Below, one piece after another: positions 59,878-64,000 of a stretch of DNA of 64,000 bases. The stretch is from Bacteroidia bacterium (GTDB lineage Bacteria; Bacteroidota; Bacteroidia; UKL13-3), in the NCBI GenBank assembly GCA_044239605.1, contig JBIIBC010000004.1, positions 136,558 through 200,557 of the forward strand. The letters are read 5' to 3'. The position numbers were made by a program, and so were the translations under genes. Position 1 is the stretch's first letter. The number at the start of each line of letters is the position of its first letter. The notes beneath the pieces are model-generated. The model was not told the origin of the DNA, did not search any database, and was given only the letters and a program-made list of their open reading frames with translations.

Positions 59878-60603
59878 ATGAAAAAAAAATTACTTACTGG
59901 TTTTTTATTAGCTGTTTTTTATAGCACATCCACTCTTTTGGGTGCTCATGCTAAAGAAACTATTCCAAAAAATAAATTAGGAGATCCACTTCCTAATTCA
60001 ACAACAAAAAGCTGGGGTTCAGCATTTAGCCTTTCTTCTAATGGAGTAGGCTTAGAGTTGTCTAAATCATTAAATAACAAAGGCAATCTTGTAGCAAGGT
60101 TTGGTGGAAGTTATTTACCTGTCTCTGTAAAGAAATATCAAGCCAATTTTTCAGGATCTGTTTTAATTGCAAACGCTGACGTAAAATTAGGTTCAATTGG
60201 TTTATATGCAGATTGGCACCCATTTAATAATTCATTTAAAATTACTGGTGGGGTAGCCTACATGTTTACTTCTTTAAATGGAAATGCAAAACTTCGTGAT
60301 TCAACCAAGCAAAATGATATCATGATATCTCCGGATGATGTTGGAAAAATAACTTTAGAAATTAAACCAGGCCCAATTACACCATATATTGGTATAGGCT
60401 TTGGAAGAGCAATTCCAAAAACAAGATTTGGCGTTTCATTTGAATTAGGTACTTATTATATTGGTTCTCCATCTGTTACTTTTGAAACAACAAAATTGTT
60501 AGAACCAACTTCTTCGCAAGGAGCTGTATTAAAAGATAACCTAAGCGGTTATCAGTGGTTACCTAAATTAGCAATATCATTTAACTTTAAACTAAACAAA
60601 TAA
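59878..60603 (+). CDS. Secreted putative small outer-membrane beta-barrel protein, paralog A
   Basis: 241 aa with signal peptide (…TLLGAHA). Alternating hydrophobic strands (GIGFGRAIPKTRFGVSFELGTYYIG). It is ~70% identical to the 63182..63907 product. Confidence 0.55.
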   Translation: MKKKLLTGFLLAVFYSTSTLLGAHAKETIPKNKLGDPLPNSTTKSWGSAFSLSSNGVGLELSKSLNNKGNLVARFGGSYLPVSVKKYQANFSGSVLIANADVKLGSIGLYADWHPFNNSFKITGGVAYMFTSLNGNAKLRDSTKQNDIMISPDDVGKITLEIKPGPITPYIGIGFGRAIPKTRFGVSFELGTYYIGSPSVTFETTKLLEPTSSQGAVLKDNLSGYQWLPKLAISFNFKLNK

Positions 60604-60607
60604 AAAT

Positions 60608-62299
60608 ATGAAAACTGTAAAATTACCTTTTTTAAACCTCCTCACCATTTTTTGTTTGGGAGTATTTACTATTTTTAATGGATGTAAGAACCCTGCTGAA
60701 GGCATAAAAATTACAACAAAATCAGGTTTTCTGAAAAATCAAATGTTAATTCAATTTGTTAATGCAAAAGAAAGCAGTTTAAAACAGCCTGCTACTTTTG
60801 AACTATTAGTCTCTGGAAAAAATGCAAATGGCATTTATACCTCAGGTGGAAAAAAACAACTTATGGTTTATAATGGAGTTATCACTTTGGCAATGCTAGA
60901 ATCTGTTCAACCTTCAGAAGGTAATCCAATTGAATTTACTATTTATGGTAAACCTGAAGGTTTTAGTCCAGTTTCAAAAACTTTTGTAATAACAAAAAAT
61001 GAACCAAGTGAACATATTATTACTTTAGTTGATTACAGCGATCCATCTGAAGGAACTGCTAGTATTGTTTCTACTGTTAATATAGATACCAATGGAACAA
61101 TTCCTGAGACAAAAATTGTAATACCAACTACACCCGAAACGCCACTTAAATCAGAAGTTAAAGTTAAAGAAGGTACTAGTTTTATAAGTGTTGATGGTGA
61201 TACCTTAAAAGGAGATAACTTAAAGTCAGAGATTATATATCATAGCACACTTACACAAGGTTCATTAAATACTTTTCCAGGTGGATTTAACCCTGAAAAT
61301 ATTCAAGGTCCTACGGGCCCAATTGAAGGTGGAGGAACATTTACCACTGCTGGATTTTTTTCTATAGATATGAAAGTAGGGGGTAAGGACGTTAAATCTT
61401 TTACAGAACCTTTAGAAATTAAAGCTGAAGTTGCAGATAATATTTCTAATCCAGAAACTGGCAACCCTATTAAAGAAGGTGATTCGATTCCTACTTGGAG
61501 TTTAAATGAAGAGACTGGAGAATGGAATTTTGAAGGAAATGCAATACTAGTAAAAAATGCTAATGGAAAACTAGAAGCACAGTTTGAAGCAGCACATTTA
61601 TCTGCATGGAATATTGATTTTATCGCAACAAGATGTAATAATCCTTTGAGTGTAACTTTTTTATTAACTGGTTCTACTACCCCAACTCAATATCCTGTTT
61701 GGTTAGTTAGGCCAAATGGAGATTACTTATCGAATTTATACAGTTCATCTGCTGGATTCAGTAGTCAAAGCACTATCTTTAATGGTAAGGTTGATGTAAT
61801 TTCAATAAATCCAAATTTACAGGCAAGAATTGTAGTTTTGAAAAACCGTTTTGGAACAGCTAAAGACCCTAATAATATTATTGCTCAGACTGCTTTGTTT
61901 AATCCATGTTCTCAAGGAAGTATTACTGTAACAATACCTCAAGCAGCTCCAACAAGTCCTACTTTAGCTGTTGATGTAAATACATTAGTTTATTGCCAAA
62001 AAAAGAAAAACAATGTATTATACACTGGATATTTTTCAGTTAGGGAAAAAACAGCGGCTACTAATACTGCTCAAAATTATTATATGGTTGATGGAGCATT
62101 ATCATTTGCAAGCTTAAAGGAAGGGGTTACTTATGTAATTAGTACTGTTTATGAAGGAAAAACATATAATTCTGAATTTACAGTAGATAAAAACAATTCA
62201 ATTTTACCTGTTATTAGTGGATTAACCGGTACAACCACTTATGTACCAGCAACCAACAAACTTAAAATAGATCTTAGATTTTCTACACCAGAATGTTAG
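60608..62299 (+). CDS. Hypothetical large beta-rich surface lipoprotein, paired with the upstream beta-barrel-like gene
   Basis: 563 aa with a lipobox (IFNGCKNPAEG). Rich in Thr, Ser, Gly and Asn, beta-rich. It starts 4 nt after the stop of the preceding gene. Its N-terminus is paralogous to the partial ORF at 63911. Confidence 0.5.
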   Translation: MKTVKLPFLNLLTIFCLGVFTIFNGCKNPAEGIKITTKSGFLKNQMLIQFVNAKESSLKQPATFELLVSGKNANGIYTSGGKKQLMVYNGVITLAMLESVQPSEGNPIEFTIYGKPEGFSPVSKTFVITKNEPSEHIITLVDYSDPSEGTASIVSTVNIDTNGTIPETKIVIPTTPETPLKSEVKVKEGTSFISVDGDTLKGDNLKSEIIYHSTLTQGSLNTFPGGFNPENIQGPTGPIEGGGTFTTAGFFSIDMKVGGKDVKSFTEPLEIKAEVADNISNPETGNPIKEGDSIPTWSLNEETGEWNFEGNAILVKNANGKLEAQFEAAHLSAWNIDFIATRCNNPLSVTFLLTGSTTPTQYPVWLVRPNGDYLSNLYSSSAGFSSQSTIFNGKVDVISINPNLQARIVVLKNRFGTAKDPNNIIAQTALFNPCSQGSITVTIPQAAPTSPTLAVDVNTLVYCQKKKNNVLYTGYFSVREKTAATNTAQNYYMVDGALSFASLKEGVTYVISTVYEGKTYNSEFTVDKNNSILPVISGLTGTTTYVPATNKLKIDLRFSTPEC

Positions 62300-62323
62300 T
62301 TAAAAACTGAAAATTTTAAAAAA

Positions 62324-62357
62324 AAGTTGTTACAAACATTGTAACAACTTTTTTTTG
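62324..62357 (+). terminator. Rho-independent terminator after the 563-aa lipoprotein gene
   Basis: Hairpin aagttgttaca-aacat-tgtaacaactt followed by a 7-T run. Confidence 0.55.
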
Positions 62358-63181
62358 CCCTTTTTAATTTAATACTTTAATAAAATATAATAATAAATTT
62401 TTTTAGTAGCAGATAAATAATCATGATTAAATAAATAATTATACATCAAGTAGCAGTTGCATTATGGCAGTTAAATTAAATTGAAGTAAGACAATCAAAT
62501 AATTACTGAAAAAACGAAACTTGAATTTAAAGGCGATTTTACTTTTGTTTTTTTTTATATTAAAGCAAAGTAAAAATGATTCAGAGCAAATCGCATAAGA
62601 AACTGGAGAATCCTATAATGACAAAGATTTTTATTTATTAATATAGAAAAAAAATATTGATTGAATATTCAACACCCAATTCTAATAAAACTAAGCACTT
62701 AGGCTGTATCAGAAATAGTTTTTTAGGTTATTAATTTGCTCAAGTTTTAAATGCAAATGTTAATCAAGTTCATATTGTAATTTTTTTAAGGTTAGAGGAA
62801 TACAAATTTGTAAAAATATTTGTTCTAGAATGAAATTACGACAGGTTAGAATTTACCATCCAAATCATCTATAATAAGAATTTATTATATTCTTTTAAAC
62901 ATGCCATTATTACTTTAAGTAAAACGTTTTAAATATCATAATCAGTTATTTCTGTTTTAACTTTAATTTTTTTAGAGACATAAATCAAATAAATTTAATT
63001 CCAATAGTTAATATGCCTTACAATTGTTGGTAAAATAAAGTCAAATTAGTAAAACAGCACCAGAAGTTTTGCAATGCATAATTTAGTCTATGTATTAAAT
63101 AATTATAAAATTATACAATTAAATACAAATAAGTATTTGTATTTAAACTAAAAGAAGTATGTTCGTATAAATTATAAAACA

Positions 63182-63907
63182 ATGAGAAAAAAATTACTAA
63201 CTGGATTTTTATTAACTGTTTTTTATTGTACATCCACTTTTATAAGTGTTTATGCTGAAGAAACAATTCCAAAAAATAAATTAGGAGACCCACTTCCTAA
63301 TCCAACAACAAAAAGCTGGGGGGCAGCATTTAGTATTTCTTCTAATGGAGTAGGACTAGAGTTGTCTAAAACATTAAATAACAATGGCAATCTAGTGGCA
63401 AGGTTAGCTGGAAGCTACATACCAATTTCAATTAATAAATACCAAGCCGATTTTTCTGGCTCTGTTTTAATTGCAAATGCTGATGTAAAATTGGGATCAA
63501 TTGGTCTATATGCAGATTGGCATCCGTTTAAAAACTCATTTAAAATAACAGGTGGTGCGGCATACATGCTAACGCAAATAAAAGGCAATGCAAATGTAAG
63601 AGATTCAGTGAAACAAGGCGAAATCACCATTCCACCAAACTCTGTTGGGAAAATAAGTGTAGGTATTGAAACACTTCCAATTGCTCCATATATAGGAATT
63701 GGCTTTGGAAGAGCTGTACCTAAAAATAGAGTCGGATTTGGAGTAGAAATGGGAACTTATTACATTGGCTCTCCCAAACTATCGTTTGTATGCACTGGCC
63801 TACTTGAACCTACCTCTAACCAAGAAGTAGTATTGAAAGATAATTTAAAATCATACCAATGGTTACCACAAATGTTGTTTAAATTAACCATAAAAATTTC
63901 GAAATAA
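63182..63907 (+). CDS. Secreted putative small outer-membrane beta-barrel protein, paralog B
   Basis: 241 aa, collinear with the 59878..60603 product, with the same length and conserved blocks (NKLGDPLPN, SNGVGLELSK, LIANADVKLGSIGLYADWHP, PYIGIGFGRA). Confidence 0.55.
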   Translation: MRKKLLTGFLLTVFYCTSTFISVYAEETIPKNKLGDPLPNPTTKSWGAAFSISSNGVGLELSKTLNNNGNLVARLAGSYIPISINKYQADFSGSVLIANADVKLGSIGLYADWHPFKNSFKITGGAAYMLTQIKGNANVRDSVKQGEITIPPNSVGKISVGIETLPIAPYIGIGFGRAVPKNRVGFGVEMGTYYIGSPKLSFVCTGLLEPTSNQEVVLKDNLKSYQWLPQMLFKLTIKISK

Positions 63908-63910
63908 CTA

Positions 63911-64000
63911 TGAAAAACAAAATATTAAACACAATAGCAGTTTTAGGACTAATTTTATCAATTGGAACTTTTAACTCTTGTAAAAACCCAACTGAGGGGT
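63911..64000 (+). CDS. 5' end of a lipoprotein paralogous to the 60608..62299 product (truncated by the window edge)
   Basis: MKNKILNTIAVLGLILSIGTFNSCKNPTEG compared with MKTVKLPFLNLLTIFCLGVFTIFNGCKNPAEG of the first copy. It has the same 4-nt spacing after the upstream gene. Confidence 0.4.

Noticed and set aside
62360-63180. 820-bp gene-free AT-rich spacer as a possible mobile element or prophage scar
   Set aside because: I could find no terminal inverted repeats, no transposase or integrase remnants and no direct target duplications. More likely it is a long promoter or regulatory spacer of the duplicated cassette. A small RNA cannot be excluded.
1-64000. tRNA or rRNA genes
   Set aside because: I scanned for GC-rich, T-loop-like (GGTTCGAATCC) and anticodon-arm signatures and for 16S/23S-like conserved blocks. 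None were seen. The GTTCG hits at 59786 and 63167 lie in AT-rich promoter DNA without cloverleaf potential.

Overview
This is a low-GC Bacteroidota chromosomal window (Flavobacteriia or Sphingobacteriia-like). The call rests on a T9SS C-terminal sorting domain, a GldB homolog and a GldC-like protein. Housekeeping genes I recognise from the sequence: kdsA, an APC amino-acid permease, a PIF1/RecD-like helicase, a UvrD/PcrA-family helicase, ppk1, an M16 peptidase, gyrA, nuoJKLMN, gldB, nadE, fdhD, a MobA fusion protein and a CBS-domain cystathionine beta-synthase-like enzyme. Accessory or unusual content: (1) A 17.0-22.2 kb patch between the UvrD-type helicase and a WD40 gene holds palindromic repeat clusters, a six-unit 41-bp tandem array and a Shedu/DUF4263-like nuclease gene broken by a frameshift and a stop. 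(2) A 50.0-54.9 kb cluster of secreted proteins, lipoproteins and outer-membrane proteins includes a Met/His-rich lipoprotein, SCO1/SenC and a cytochrome c, suggesting copper handling. (3) A HigB/HigA toxin-antitoxin pair. (4) An orphan multi-PAS histidine kinase lies upstream of two large uncharacterised secreted proteins. (5) A module of a small outer-membrane beta-barrel protein plus a 563-aa lipoprotein is duplicated in tandem at the 3' end. (6) Several recurring palindromic elements that look like terminators, and an octanucleotide microsatellite in a promoter region. I found no rRNA, tRNA, CRISPR array or intact transposase. All calls come from reading the translated ORFs and the nucleotide sequence; no database search was possible.
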